64,000 nt of DNA from a virus. Under the pieces are notes generated by a model. It did not search any database. It was given only the letters and a program-made list of their open reading frames with translations, and was not told where the DNA came from. Positions 25,601 to 37,597 of the stretch are shown one piece after another (the stretch's first letter is position 1; each line of letters opens with the position of its first letter). Both the position numbers and the translations under genes were made by a program. The stretch covers positions 81,016 through 145,015 of IMG/VR virus record IMGVR_UViG_3300021961_000026. One strand, 5' to 3'.

Positions 25601-28552
25601 TGGAGATCACATGCAACAGATTATGGCGTTGCAAAATTTTGGGATGCAGCAGTTGGTGCAGTAGAAAATCTAACAATTGGTCGAGAGTATAAAAAGATTA
25701 CATTTACTGGATTTGATGGTCCATCAAGAATAACTGATGTTATCTATTTTTCAATTCCAGAAGGTTATGATGAAATTAAAACTTTGACCATTGATTTTGG
25801 TGTATGGAAAAACGCAAAAGTTTATAGCTACGGATATTCAGATACAGATCACACTATTATTGATTATGGATCTGGGTTCGTATTCAATACACAATTAACT
25901 ACTAGGCAAAGACTTGATAGATATCATACTTCTGTGATAAATAAAAAAGCAGACTCTGATGGAATCGTTAACATAAACCTTAATGTAAAGTCAGCAAATT
26001 GTAGACATATGTTTATTAGGGTGCAGTCTTCCGAAAAACTAAAAACCCTTGACAATAAATACGGTGAATACGCAGAAGGTTATTCTATACAGGCAGTAAA
26101 AGTATCTGCCAAAAGAGCAGACACCGTAGTTGCCCCTGTAATAGGGTGGACACTACCAGTAACTGGTGCTACCTATAATTGGACTAATGTTTATGAGGCT
26201 GTTGATAGTCTGGTATCTGATCCTGATGAAATCGAAGAAGCTTATCTAGATGGAAAGCCAATTAGAAGATATGCAAGTGGTCAATTAGAGTATGATTATG
26301 ATCAGCAAAAACTAAAGTCCAATACAATGGACAAAAGAGTTTATGTTCGCGGAACTGAAGATGGATATTACAAGTGGAATGGATCTTCCTGGACCAAAGA
26401 AGTAATAAGTGCTAGCACAACTGACATACAAATAGAAGATTATGTAGTTGAATTATCTAATACTGTAGACATTGAGGCTTATGCAACAGTTACTCAAAAT
26501 TTTTCAAACCTATCTGCTGAACAAAACTTATCATACACATATAACACAAAGGCATGTAGGGAGCTTAGTCAACCACAATCTTCATCAAATATTTATTTTA
26601 CTTCTTTATCTTACAAATATAAAGATAGAGAATACACTCAATCCCTTACTCCAAGCACCTATAATCTTAATAGTGATTTTTTTACAACAAATGCTGGAGT
26701 AACATTTTTCTTTTCAAATCCATCTGGAATACCGGAAATAATAAATAATAGTTCTTCCACTATTACATCTCTCTATGATGATACTAAAAAAGCTATACTA
26801 AGTCCTAATTCAGTAGTAAATATTGAATATGGTGACGAGAAAGTTTCTGGAGGATATGGAGAAATTACCTTATCAACTTCTTCAACCTATTATTCTGGAT
26901 CCAAAATTGTTAAAACAGGTAAAAAAAGAATAAGTAATAACGAGTATGTTTTAGTGGGAATTGACGGAAAAGTATTGGATAACAGAAATGAAGTGACAGT
27001 TCATGATGGAATTCTTTTATTATCTAAAAAGCCATCTACATATAATTCCGGACAAGTTTATTTAAACAATTTACAGACAACATTTAAACCGATAGGAATA
27101 CCAGGATATACAGAAATTTCTGCAGCCATATTATCTATTCCAGATGGTGTTGAAAGGGATATTAGATTTGGTGATGTAAATGTTTATAGTGAGATAACAA
27201 ATACTGATGGTATGATATATGGTTTTTACGACATTAAAGAAAAAGAGTTTATAGGAAAAAAAATATCCTACGTAGATCTTTTATCTAAAGGATTGGACAA
27301 TGTTTATTTAGCAGTTTGCGCAATAGACGCAGACGGAAATACTCAAAATCAAATAGATTATATTGGCCCAAAAATATCAACAACATTTAAGCCAGTAAGT
27401 ATTCCTCTTAAAAAAATATATCCAGTTTATTCTGTAAAGTTTAATTCTAATTCAAGAATAAGACTCGGCAATATGTCTCTAGATATTGAGAAGAATAAAG
27501 CTTGGCCACTTTCAGTTACTCAAGGATCTTTTAGAAAATCTGTTTACTTGAATTCAAATATCTATAGTGATTGGAAAGCCAATTATTTAAACCAGGAACT
27601 TATTTGCCAGTATGAAACTCAGAATACCCCTGGTGTGTCTTGGTCTAAAATATTTGGTAAAGGATATTATGAAATTAAAGATGAGAATCCAATTATAGTT
27701 TCTCCAACTTCAATAAAAGTAAGACAAACTCCATTTTTAGTTTGGGCAGAACCAACAAACTATGATTATTCCGTACTTAAGTTGGTAAGGCCGCAGTTTC
27801 AAGCATACAAAAATACAAATCTTTTAGCTACAAAACCATCCGAAAAAGTTTGGGAGACAATACCTCTTTCAAAGGTAAAAAACTATAATGCAGAAACCGG
27901 AGTCATAGAGTTTACTGAAAGACTTCTTCCAGTTAAAGAAGAGGATATTAAAATATCTTATGTATCAAAAAACAGCGATATTCAAATTTATCAAGTAGAT
28001 GGACAGGAAATTCCACTTAATCCACTTCTGAATAAAGATACTATAAGAGTAGATCAACCACTGTACGTTTATCTTCTGCCAACTAAAATTGAAAAGAGAA
28101 CAAATATAACCGCAAACTTTAGTGGTTATTCTAAAGTAACCGAATATACAAACTCTTATCCAATTAACTTTACATATGATAAAGATATATTCAATTCAAC
28201 TTCCAATAAATATGATCCATTTGCACTATTGATTGGAATAGTTTTCTACAGCAGATCTCAGATCCCTGTTAATGTTTTTGATACAAGACTTAGGGGTGGG
28301 GGCGTGTCTTATGAATATGATACAAAAGAAGCAGTAAGTTATAACAAAAATGCAATATCTTATTGGGATATGTACCCTTCTCAGGGAATGGCATATCCAA
28401 AGGGTGGCTATGTTGTAGTTAAGCTACCAAAAGAAATTAAAGATAACTTCTTAAATATCACAGAAATTTATGATATAGTTTATAGGAACCTAACTGCTGG
28501 CATAGCCTTTGAAGTTCAGGATATGGACGGCAATTCATTTGGAGTAAAGTAA
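22609..28552 (+). CDS. Large virion structural protein (~1980 aa) with peptidoglycan-binding domain; +1 shift at CGG 24196-24198
   Basis: CAA CGG AGA joins 22609..24219 to 24179..28552 (Q-G-DAIAQG). PG_binding_1-like VKYIQIAL..VDGKYGPKTRDAIQSFQ..VDGTVDSET. Confidence 0.7.
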
Positions 28553-28553
28553 G

Positions 28554-31202
28554 ATGGATACATATCTTCCAGGAGTAATAAATAGCTTAAGGACAGGTTC
28601 TAGGTCTTTTGTTTCTACTGTTTTAAAAAATGTCAAGGCTGATAAATCAGAGATATCATCTCTTATATCTGGCATAAGAGATTTTCAAATTAACAACTAT
28701 TATGATCCAGGTTTAATAAGTCAGCTTTCCCCTCTCAATAAAGAGTACTTCATTAATGCATTCAGGGACGCCGATATCAGAGTAAAAAACTACTTCAGCG
28801 TTGCCAATACAGTTGGACTTATTATAAATTCAATGATAGATGTTTTTTCTGCTGAGATAGATAAAGTAGAGAAAGATATAGAACAGTTAGAAGATTTTAT
28901 AAATAATTATGAATATATCTCTGGCAAAGATGATTTGTACAATTCTAATTACTTTGAAAAGTTTGACAATGCTCTCTACGATTATAGATCTGATGGACTA
29001 TCATTTAATCTTGTAGATAGAGATAACTTAAACTTTGATCAAAATGGAAATGGATTTGTTGATACAAAATCTGGTTTATTTAAAATTGGAAACAAATCAA
29101 CAACAAAAAACTTTTCAGGCAACATAGAATCTATAAATCTTAAATCAAATTATTATTTAATGAATTATAGCGACTCTGGTTTTGAGTCAGTTTTTACTGA
29201 AACCCTTTTTGATTCTTGGGCGGTATCAGTAAAATCTCCTACAGTGTTAAACACTTCTCTTTCGGAATTATCTAAATATTGCAACTATGACTCTTCTGCG
29301 ATCAAAGGTGCTCAGACGTATGTGGAGATAAATTTTTCTTCTCCTCAATTGATTGACACTTTGTATATAACCCCAAATTACTCAAATGGATTACAACTTC
29401 TTCAGGTAGTTCTGTTTAATAATTCAGACCAAATGGTAGAGACTGTTCAGTCAATTTCTTCTTCTAATATAAATAGAATAAGTTTAAATTCAAATAATAG
29501 AGGATTTATTCCAGTTCTGTCATCTCCAAAAATAATTGACTCTGTTTCAGAAATTGTTTTTGAAGAATCTGTGGTCAAAAAAGTTATACTGATATTTAAT
29601 CAATCTCTTTATAAAAAAACAGAAACCGTAACAAATGATACTGAATTAGTTTCCAGAAAAATATATGAAATTATAAAAGATTTAAGAAATAAAAGAAAAA
29701 ATAATACAGACAAACTACAAGATTTAGTTTACAGTATGTTTTTAAAGAACAGTTCTATTAAAGAGTTTTTAAAAAACAAGGATTATATTACCAACTATTA
29801 TTCCTATAGGTATCCATGTATAGGCGACTCGTCTAATGCTCCAATATATTCAAGAAGTCTTCTTGAAGATCTTAAAGAAATGGGAACATTAGACAACTTT
29901 AACTCATCTATTATTTCAAATATATTTCAAAACTTTATGTCTCATGTTATCGATCAACAAGGCGAAATATTTGATCAAAGCACATATATAGAATCCTCTT
30001 TATCAAAAGGAAGTTTATTTAACTTTAGATCAGTTGGCCTTCTTCCTATTAAATCTTCTAATATTTTTAATTCACCCAAAGTTCAATCTTCTAGCGCAGA
30101 GATGATATCTAGATCTAACCAATCATATATTTTAGATCTTTTATCAGAAGAAGAGCAAGATCAATACGAGTATAGCTTTTCCTTAAAGTCTATAGAGTTT
30201 GCCTCGGTAGAAAGAAATAAATCAAACAAAGCGTGTTTTGTGAGTAGGAAAATTCCAGTTAATGGTCATCCGCAAGCAGTAAAAGTTAAGCTTCTTAAAG
30301 ATAAATCTAATTTAGATCTTTCAAATCATAGTTATGATTTAAAAGAGTCAACATCTTATGAATTATCAATATCAACAGCTGAAATACCTGATGAGGAAAA
30401 TGATTGGATACCATTAGTGTCTCATGGTGAAACTTCTGTTTCTTCAGAAGTTCTATTTATAGATATCAATAGCAAAATGGCTACAACAAGATTTTCATTT
30501 AGGGAAAATTCACTATCAATATACGAGAATGGATTGCTTTTAGATCCAAGTTTGTATTCGGTAGCTGCAAGGACAATAAAGTTTGGTTCACAAATACAGC
30601 TAAAGCCCAATTCAATTTACACTGTTTCATATGAACTTAATTCTGAAATATATAACTATGGATTAGTTGATTTTGTTTCAAGTGGAATATTTCAAGAGTC
30701 AACAAAACCTGCAGTAAGTTCTGATGGTTCAGGGGAATTATTTAGCTCAACAGATTTAACAAATAGGGTTGTAATTCAAAACATTCCTTATGTAAACACA
30801 TCATTTGTATCCAATGCAACATATAGCTCTTTAGTTGGAACTGTATTTTATGGTTCTGGATCTGGTTATAATCCAGTAAAAATTCTTCTTAGCGATGGTT
30901 CATATGCAGTAAATTTAACAAACTATACCGAAAGTTCGGATTCCCCCGACTTTTCTTTGAAACCATCAGGAGTCTATTTCATACAAAATGGAAAAGAGAT
31001 TATATTTAACCAATATATATCTAGCCCATTTAGGGTTATTTATGAGTATGTGCCAAGCTCTTTAAGATTTAGACTAATTATGAGAAAGAATATTCCTAAT
31101 ATAAATTATACTTGTTCAGCGGATTCTATTTTAGTTAAATGCAAAACAAAAATATACGATCCATTCTATGATAAGTTAACAAAAGTTATTATAAAAAAAT
31201 AG
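28554..31202 (+). CDS. Virion structural protein (paralog set member 1)
   Basis: 882 aa; N-terminal coiled coil; shares motifs with the next genes. Confidence 0.6.
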   Translation: MDTYLPGVINSLRTGSRSFVSTVLKNVKADKSEISSLISGIRDFQINNYYDPGLISQLSPLNKEYFINAFRDADIRVKNYFSVANTVGLIINSMIDVFSAEIDKVEKDIEQLEDFINNYEYISGKDDLYNSNYFEKFDNALYDYRSDGLSFNLVDRDNLNFDQNGNGFVDTKSGLFKIGNKSTTKNFSGNIESINLKSNYYLMNYSDSGFESVFTETLFDSWAVSVKSPTVLNTSLSELSKYCNYDSSAIKGAQTYVEINFSSPQLIDTLYITPNYSNGLQLLQVVLFNNSDQMVETVQSISSSNINRISLNSNNRGFIPVLSSPKIIDSVSEIVFEESVVKKVILIFNQSLYKKTETVTNDTELVSRKIYEIIKDLRNKRKNNTDKLQDLVYSMFLKNSSIKEFLKNKDYITNYYSYRYPCIGDSSNAPIYSRSLLEDLKEMGTLDNFNSSIISNIFQNFMSHVIDQQGEIFDQSTYIESSLSKGSLFNFRSVGLLPIKSSNIFNSPKVQSSSAEMISRSNQSYILDLLSEEEQDQYEYSFSLKSIEFASVERNKSNKACFVSRKIPVNGHPQAVKVKLLKDKSNLDLSNHSYDLKESTSYELSISTAEIPDEENDWIPLVSHGETSVSSEVLFIDINSKMATTRFSFRENSLSIYENGLLLDPSLYSVAARTIKFGSQIQLKPNSIYTVSYELNSEIYNYGLVDFVSSGIFQESTKPAVSSDGSGELFSSTDLTNRVVIQNIPYVNTSFVSNATYSSLVGTVFYGSGSGYNPVKILLSDGSYAVNLTNYTESSDSPDFSLKPSGVYFIQNGKEIIFNQYISSPFRVIYEYVPSSLRFRLIMRKNIPNINYTCSADSILVKCKTKIYDPFYDKLTKVIIKK

Positions 31203-31209
31203 GTAAATT

Positions 31210-33066
31210 ATGACACAATTATCACCATATACTTTAGCTTATGATCAAATAGCTAAATCAGTAGCTGATTTAGTGGAAAAATGGTCAAAGGGAGATTTTG
31301 TTACAAAACAAGATATTATTAATGATTTCAATAAATCTTTAAATGAATTGTATGAAAAAATTGGTTCAGCTAAAACAGATGTAGAGCAATTTATAAAGGG
31401 AGAACCACCTTCATCTCGTAAGATAAATTTATTTCTTTCTAATCTCAAGCAAGATATTAACAACGCCGCAAAGCAACTAGACTTCTTGAGTTCAAAAACT
31501 GTTAATGTTTACAACCTGTTTAATGCAGAGGTAGAATCAGAAAAAAAATATATTAACAGAATTACTTCTAAAGCAAAAGTTCTTCAGATGTATTCTCAAA
31601 GTCCGGCAGATGATATAGTCTATATAGGTGACTCATTTGATAATTATGATTACATAGACGAAACAAAGTATTTAGTTGATAGGATTCCATTTATATCAAA
31701 TGGAAGCATGTCTCTTCAATCTAAGAGCGCTGCAACATGGCAAGGTTCAAGAATAGAAGTTTTAGATTCTAATGGGTTTATAGGAAATAATCACGTAGTA
31801 ATTAAAGGAACTTCCTCAGTTTCCTCAAATGGCTATAGATATGTTTTTGAAGAAAGCCCATCAATTGGTAATAAAAATAATATTGTTGACAATAATCCTT
31901 TAACGTATTTTGAATACGAAGCTTTAGCTGTGGAAAAGCCAACTTCAGAAGTTGGATACTCAGAAAAAGAATTCTGCTACATCAGAGATGTCGACGGCTC
32001 TTTGGTAAATTGGGCAAGTCATGACATAACTAAGCCATTAAAGTTGCAAGTTAAAGTTTTTTCTGGAACTGCACAAAAGTGCAATAGTATAACTATTATG
32101 CCTTATTTTGGTTCATCAAAAGTTATAAAGGTAAGCAGCATTTTATTGACAAGAGCAGATGGAACTGACTTTGAGGTTTTAAAGAAACCAATATATATTG
32201 GAGTTTCTCCGGAAAATATATCAACTCAGTCATTTAATAGTTACTTTTTAAATAAAGCTGTAGTTTCATTTCAAGAAACAGAAGCAATTAATGCAACTAT
32301 AACAATGGAGCAAGATCAGCATCAAGAAGTTGAAATACAACACTGTTACTGGGTAACTGATTATACCGAAGCAACAAAAGATGATAGCCCATTTTACACT
32401 TCAGTATCAAAATCTTATAGATTCAATCCAACCAGTATAAGTGAAGCTCTTTATAAGGAAGTAAAATACAACGAGTCCTTAATAAGGCCAAAACTATCTA
32501 ACCCAAATGCATTTAAAGTTAAAGATGCAATAAGGCAAGTTATTCCTGTCACAATAGTGACTAAGGGAAGCAATCCAGTATCTAAAAACTATAATATTCC
32601 AATAAAAATGGAAAAGAAAATCCTAAAGGCTAAAAGAATGGCAATAGGTATTAGGGATATATCACTGGAATATCATCAGTATATAAATTCTGGCCAGATA
32701 ATATCAAGACCGTTTGAATTTGATTTGCCAGTTGAGTCATTAATTCTTAATATGGAGTCAGATTTACAGAGTCTGTCTGATACTTCTGCGTCTATTAACT
32801 CATACGTTTCTGTTGATGAAGGAAAAAATTGGCTAAGAATATCTCCGATTCAATCTGGTTATGCAGGTGGAGATGAAGTTTTAGCTTTTAATCAAAATGT
32901 TCCTACTGGATATAAACTTCCTGGCGTAACATACTATTCTTTTCCAGAAGTTCCTAAAGAAATAAAAAGTGTCTTGGTTAAATTAGAAATGTCTAAAAAT
33001 CAAGATATAAATACAACACCTACAATACATTCTTATACTCTTGGAGCAAAGGTTAAAAAATCGTGA
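31210..33066 (+). CDS. Virion structural protein (paralog set member 2)
   Basis: 618 aa; IGIRDISL..YINSGQIISRP; C-terminal TPTIHSY. Confidence 0.6.
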   Translation: MTQLSPYTLAYDQIAKSVADLVEKWSKGDFVTKQDIINDFNKSLNELYEKIGSAKTDVEQFIKGEPPSSRKINLFLSNLKQDINNAAKQLDFLSSKTVNVYNLFNAEVESEKKYINRITSKAKVLQMYSQSPADDIVYIGDSFDNYDYIDETKYLVDRIPFISNGSMSLQSKSAATWQGSRIEVLDSNGFIGNNHVVIKGTSSVSSNGYRYVFEESPSIGNKNNIVDNNPLTYFEYEALAVEKPTSEVGYSEKEFCYIRDVDGSLVNWASHDITKPLKLQVKVFSGTAQKCNSITIMPYFGSSKVIKVSSILLTRADGTDFEVLKKPIYIGVSPENISTQSFNSYFLNKAVVSFQETEAINATITMEQDQHQEVEIQHCYWVTDYTEATKDDSPFYTSVSKSYRFNPTSISEALYKEVKYNESLIRPKLSNPNAFKVKDAIRQVIPVTIVTKGSNPVSKNYNIPIKMEKKILKAKRMAIGIRDISLEYHQYINSGQIISRPFEFDLPVESLILNMESDLQSLSDTSASINSYVSVDEGKNWLRISPIQSGYAGGDEVLAFNQNVPTGYKLPGVTYYSFPEVPKEIKSVLVKLEMSKNQDINTTPTIHSYTLGAKVKKS

Positions 33067-35192
33067 ATATATCTACAATACAAAAAACTCGTTTGCTTGA
33101 AAATCTGTATAAGATATTTCATACTTCAGGAGTTATGCCAGATGATCAACAGATTAGAAAGGCATTTAATGACTATTTTACAGTTAATAAAGCGGGATTC
33201 CCACTTAGAGTAGATACAGATATACTTAGGAGTATATCGGTAACTGACGTAGATGTTTTGAATTCTATAATGGCTAATTCAGTTTTTAATGTTGATATTA
33301 TTTTTGATTCCATTTTTCAAAATAATGATCAATTAATGGGAACTATCAATGCATTAAATAAAAAATTGGAAAATTTAAAAAAAAGAAGAATAGAACTAGA
33401 GTCTAAGGTAGATGACTTATTATTTTCTAATAATAATTCAGACGGTTTCTTTTATTCTATAACAGAAAACTTTGCATCCCTTAATAAATCAGATCTAGAT
33501 TTTAGCAATGTATATATAAATACTAGTAAAAAGAACGTTGAATTACCATCATTAACATCAGCTAATTACAACAACTTAACTGTAAACAATATAGTATCTG
33601 CAAGCGCGAATGCATCACTGTCAGTTAACGGATCCATACTACCTGTTAGCATGGATTTATCTTTGTTTAACAATATATTTGATGGACTTACAGATACTTA
33701 TTGGGACTATGAATATAATTCTGCAGAGATTAATTCTTTTTCTTTAAGCATTAGAATACCTTTAAATAGCAATATAGTTATATCTAAAGTTCAAGGAGTG
33801 GTTTCTACTACATCTCCAGTTAACATATACGTTATAGCTAATTATTCCGATACAACTAAGCAGTCTGAAATTAGGACAGTGGATTCAAGACAGGATTACG
33901 GAACATTTACTGCCTCACTTCCTGCTGACAGCTATTCATCTATAGATCTAATTATGTCTAAGATAGAGCCGGATGCTGTAGTTGCAGGATCAAATAATCC
34001 TTATAAATATAAATTCGGTTTAAGAGAATTGATGATAGGATCAAAATACTATGACAAGAACGCAGTTTTTGTATCAGAACCACACTCGATACCAAGCACA
34101 GACAATTCTACAATATTTATTGATTCCGTTTCTATAGACGTACAAGACCAAGCTGTAAGTGGAACGGAAATTAAATATTATGTAGCTCAAGACGTTCCAT
34201 CAGCTACAAGTATTTCAGACTTTAATTGGATTCCAATATCTCCACAGGGATCTGAGTCAGCAGGATTTTCTTCCATTGTTTCTTTTGAGGGTTCTACAAG
34301 AGAAAATATTTTAATTAAATCAGAACCATCAGCTTCAGATCTGCAGCTTACCCCATTAAGTGCTACATCAAAAAATGCAGACGAGATTAATCCGTCATCT
34401 ACCTTGTACACTGGAAAAACAGTATACAAGGTAGCTACTTTGAACAGATCTACAGACTATATCAATCCATCATTGTATGGAAATGTGGATTCATTTAAGC
34501 ACTATTATTACATTATGCAGGATACAACAGTTCAAAAATATAAGGATCTTTCATTCTGGTCAACAGAAATTCAACAGAATAAACCAAATATTTTATCCTC
34601 TACCCTAAAAGAACAATTGGGATCAATATATCCAGGGATAACATCTCCCTCAAGCGGATACGTGCAGTCAAAGCTGCTTTGTAACTCAGCTCAAAGAGTA
34701 ATATATACAGTTAATAAAATTAATTATAATTTTAACCTCGCCATATATTTAAATGGAGAGTTGATAGCAGACCTTCCAAATGGTGTTGTATCTAAAAGTA
34801 TAGAGTGGAATTTTGTTGAAGGTATAAATAACATAATAATAACCTATGACAAGCCATATAATGGCGTAGCTTCATTTTCACTAATGGAAGGAACCAGCTT
34901 ATCAAAGTTTGGTTCTATATTTGTAGACTATTTTTATTACCTAGATCCTTTTGATTTTGCAAATAAAGAGATAGATAAAGAAAATTATTTTACAGTTGAT
35001 ACTATATTTGGAATTAAACAAATATTTTCATCACAAAAATTAGAAGGAACTTGTCGATTTGGTTATACGGCAAAAACAGCAAGATCTGTCGAATCCATAA
35101 GATTCAGAGCAGATTTGGGTAGGTATGAGAATCCATATTCAACTCCAGTTTTGCAATCTTATAGAATAAAATTTAAGCATTCCAGTATCTAG
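33063..35192 (+). CDS. Virion structural protein (paralog set member 3)
   Basis: 709 aa; FGLRELMI..YDKNAVFVSEP; C-terminal TPVLQSY. Confidence 0.6.
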   Translation: MNISTIQKTRLLENLYKIFHTSGVMPDDQQIRKAFNDYFTVNKAGFPLRVDTDILRSISVTDVDVLNSIMANSVFNVDIIFDSIFQNNDQLMGTINALNKKLENLKKRRIELESKVDDLLFSNNNSDGFFYSITENFASLNKSDLDFSNVYINTSKKNVELPSLTSANYNNLTVNNIVSASANASLSVNGSILPVSMDLSLFNNIFDGLTDTYWDYEYNSAEINSFSLSIRIPLNSNIVISKVQGVVSTTSPVNIYVIANYSDTTKQSEIRTVDSRQDYGTFTASLPADSYSSIDLIMSKIEPDAVVAGSNNPYKYKFGLRELMIGSKYYDKNAVFVSEPHSIPSTDNSTIFIDSVSIDVQDQAVSGTEIKYYVAQDVPSATSISDFNWIPISPQGSESAGFSSIVSFEGSTRENILIKSEPSASDLQLTPLSATSKNADEINPSSTLYTGKTVYKVATLNRSTDYINPSLYGNVDSFKHYYYIMQDTTVQKYKDLSFWSTEIQQNKPNILSSTLKEQLGSIYPGITSPSSGYVQSKLLCNSAQRVIYTVNKINYNFNLAIYLNGELIADLPNGVVSKSIEWNFVEGINNIIITYDKPYNGVASFSLMEGTSLSKFGSIFVDYFYYLDPFDFANKEIDKENYFTVDTIFGIKQIFSSQKLEGTCRFGYTAKTARSVESIRFRADLGRYENPYSTPVLQSYRIKFKHSSI

Positions 35193-35232
35193 TCTATGTG
35201 GACAGTACTAATATATAGAAGGTGATTTTTAC

Positions 35233-35640
35233 ATGGGAATAACTTTTTCCAAAAAGTCTAATAGAAGAAGAATAGTAGAGCCTTTATTTAATAGATCTAG
35301 ACAAAAGTATAGGGCTTCTAGAGTAAGCTCATCTGAGATTCTGGAAATGAATTCTTTAATATTAGATCTAGAAAGAATTACAATAGAACTAGATGAAATA
35401 GATGCTTCCGTACTTGCTCAAAGCTACGCTTTAAGCGGAAACATTAAGTCTATATCTTTAGCAGATAAATTGAATGATGGACCTGACTATGATATTGATG
35501 GAATTGAAATCAATATAGATGATCCTAGCACTTCTTACGGATCTTCAATACAGAATCTATCAATAAAAAATAACAATATATTGTCAGCAAGACTTTCAAG
35601 AATTGAAAATAAAATAAAGAGACTAGAAAACGGATTATAA
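35233..35640 (+). CDS. Hypothetical coiled-coil structural protein
   Basis: 135 aa ORF with AAGGTG SD, in the structural module. Confidence 0.55.
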   Translation: MGITFSKKSNRRRIVEPLFNRSRQKYRASRVSSSEILEMNSLILDLERITIELDEIDASVLAQSYALSGNIKSISLADKLNDGPDYDIDGIEINIDDPSTSYGSSIQNLSIKNNNILSARLSRIENKIKRLENGL

Positions 35641-35641
35641 A

Positions 35642-36904
35642 ATGTCAGAAATTATTAGAACACAAAAAAGAGACATTCGATATAATGGCATTGTTGATAG
35701 CGCAGACTATAATGCCAGAATTGAAGAAAATTATCAAGATCTTGTAACGCTTTACAATAAAGCAAATACACTAGAATCAAAACTACAGCAGGCTTTTGAA
35801 AGAGTTATTAAAGATCACGCATTCCTATCCAATGCCGTGCAAGATCTAGAGGATCGCTTAGCTGCCTTAGAGGCAAATGATTCTGTCTTATCTCTTTATA
35901 GTGCAACTCAGATAGATTACGCAACGTTTTTATCTACGGCATACACTATTTCTTCAACTGACCTTCTTAGCTTTGATCCATACTATAACACTATAAGTTT
36001 ACCGATTGTTTCTGGTTCATCAACCTCAAAGGTCAAGTTTTACAATCCAACAACAGGTCAAGTTGTTCCTGATTTCTTTAAAACTTCAATAGACAATTCT
36101 TATTCTGGAGTTGATTCAAGTGGATCCGTAGTTGATACCACTCCAACATACTACGCAATATTAGATGATCCAAATAAGATATGGAAAAGAAACATTGTCT
36201 CCAATACGGCTAACAATGCCGGAGCACAAATGATGTTTTACGTAAAAATTCCAACAGAATATACTGGCTCAAACAAGACTAATTGCATAAAGTTCAATCC
36301 ATATCCAATGAGATCCGTAGATATATTTTCTATAGAATATACTACTAATTCAAATCCAAATCTTATCGAGTCAGATGGTTGGTATGACTTGAACGTTGAT
36401 GGTCTATATAATGGGCAGACTGCTGCTATAGGCAAGGTTCCACCTGGTGGATGGGCCACTGCAGGTTCGGATAAAATATCAAATTCTGGACCATTATGTT
36501 TTTATTTTGGTGATCTAGAAATCACTGCAATTAGAATAAAAATGAATCAAAGAAATTACTTTAAAGAATTGAATAGATATATATATAGCTATGGATTATC
36601 GGATCTTGATATTAGATATGATAAATTTTTGACTACTGGCAAGACTATTGTTAAGTTTGATGCACCAAGTGGTAAGTTAATATCGGAAGTAACAAACGTT
36701 ACCCCATACATATATAATGTGCCTCCAAGTCTACTATCTACAGCATTTAGCTATAGGGTTATTTATGAGGACGGTGGATCCTACACCCTTAGCAATCCAG
36801 GTTCATCAAGTTCTGTTTGGATTGAGGTCACATTGAATATGTTAGACGATAAAACTCCACCAGTTTTATCAGATTTAAAGGTAGAATGCGATTTTATCGT
36901 ATAA
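35642..36904 (+). CDS. Virion structural protein (paralog set member 4)
   Basis: 420 aa; N-terminal coiled coil; YGLSDLDIRYDKFLTTG; C-terminal TPPVLSDL. Confidence 0.6.
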   Translation: MSEIIRTQKRDIRYNGIVDSADYNARIEENYQDLVTLYNKANTLESKLQQAFERVIKDHAFLSNAVQDLEDRLAALEANDSVLSLYSATQIDYATFLSTAYTISSTDLLSFDPYYNTISLPIVSGSSTSKVKFYNPTTGQVVPDFFKTSIDNSYSGVDSSGSVVDTTPTYYAILDDPNKIWKRNIVSNTANNAGAQMMFYVKIPTEYTGSNKTNCIKFNPYPMRSVDIFSIEYTTNSNPNLIESDGWYDLNVDGLYNGQTAAIGKVPPGGWATAGSDKISNSGPLCFYFGDLEITAIRIKMNQRNYFKELNRYIYSYGLSDLDIRYDKFLTTGKTIVKFDAPSGKLISEVTNVTPYIYNVPPSLLSTAFSYRVIYEDGGSYTLSNPGSSSSVWIEVTLNMLDDKTPPVLSDLKVECDFIV

Positions 36905-36970
36905 TTAAGATTACAATATAGGGATTACCCTTTTACTATTAAGACATACAAATCCACAAGGAGACTATAA

Positions 36971-37597
36971 ATGGCAACTTTTTACGTTGGACCAAGACCA
37001 GTTCTAAAGGGTAGGTCAACCGCTGAGATGACCAATCCATATACCTCTATGACTGGCAAAGCTAAGGGTACTGGAACATATTCATACTACCCACTTTACA
37101 GCACCAGTCACGTCTTGGATGGTGCTCCAGACAATCATTTTGCTCCAGGTACTGGTCAGTTCCCTGGCAATAGATTTTTATCACAGCTTTTTAATGGAAC
37201 TACACTTTATGTGCATCCACTTTCTGGCACTTTCCCCAATGGTAGTGCAACATACGATGGTGCAAGATTCCGTCCTCTAGAATTCAAGGGGCTCAGTGGT
37301 GCAGCTGCTTTCCCATCAGGGTATGGTCATGCAGATAGAGTTAGCGAATATAGTTACAATAACTATATCTTTGACGGTGTTACTTCTGCTAATGCGTTTG
37401 CAAATACAGGCCATGCAGCAAGAACAGAGGCTCAAGGCGCACCAGCTTCATTTGGTGTATTTAGACCAACTGAAGCACAAGGCGTAACTAGTGCCAAGGT
37501 TTTTACAGCTGGCTATGGTCAGGCAAATGTTACTAGTGATTATGGCAGAGAAAAAGTTAAAGAATGGTACGGTGTTCCGTCAGCAAAAGCTCTCTAA
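36971..37597 (+). CDS. Gly/Ala/Thr-rich protein with internal repeats (possible virion decoration/fibre)
   Basis: Strong AAGGAGA SD; three ~20-aa repeats. Confidence 0.6.
   Translation: MATFYVGPRPVLKGRSTAEMTNPYTSMTGKAKGTGTYSYYPLYSTSHVLDGAPDNHFAPGTGQFPGNRFLSQLFNGTTLYVHPLSGTFPNGSATYDGARFRPLEFKGLSGAAAFPSGYGHADRVSEYSYNNYIFDGVTSANAFANTGHAARTEAQGAPASFGVFRPTEAQGVTSAKVFTAGYGQANVTSDYGREKVKEWYGVPSAKAL

Noticed and set aside
37564-37597. ATG GTA CGG T as another shift site
   Set aside because: A +1 shift leads into the upstream gene's frame, which stops at 37597; it does not connect to the downstream ORF.
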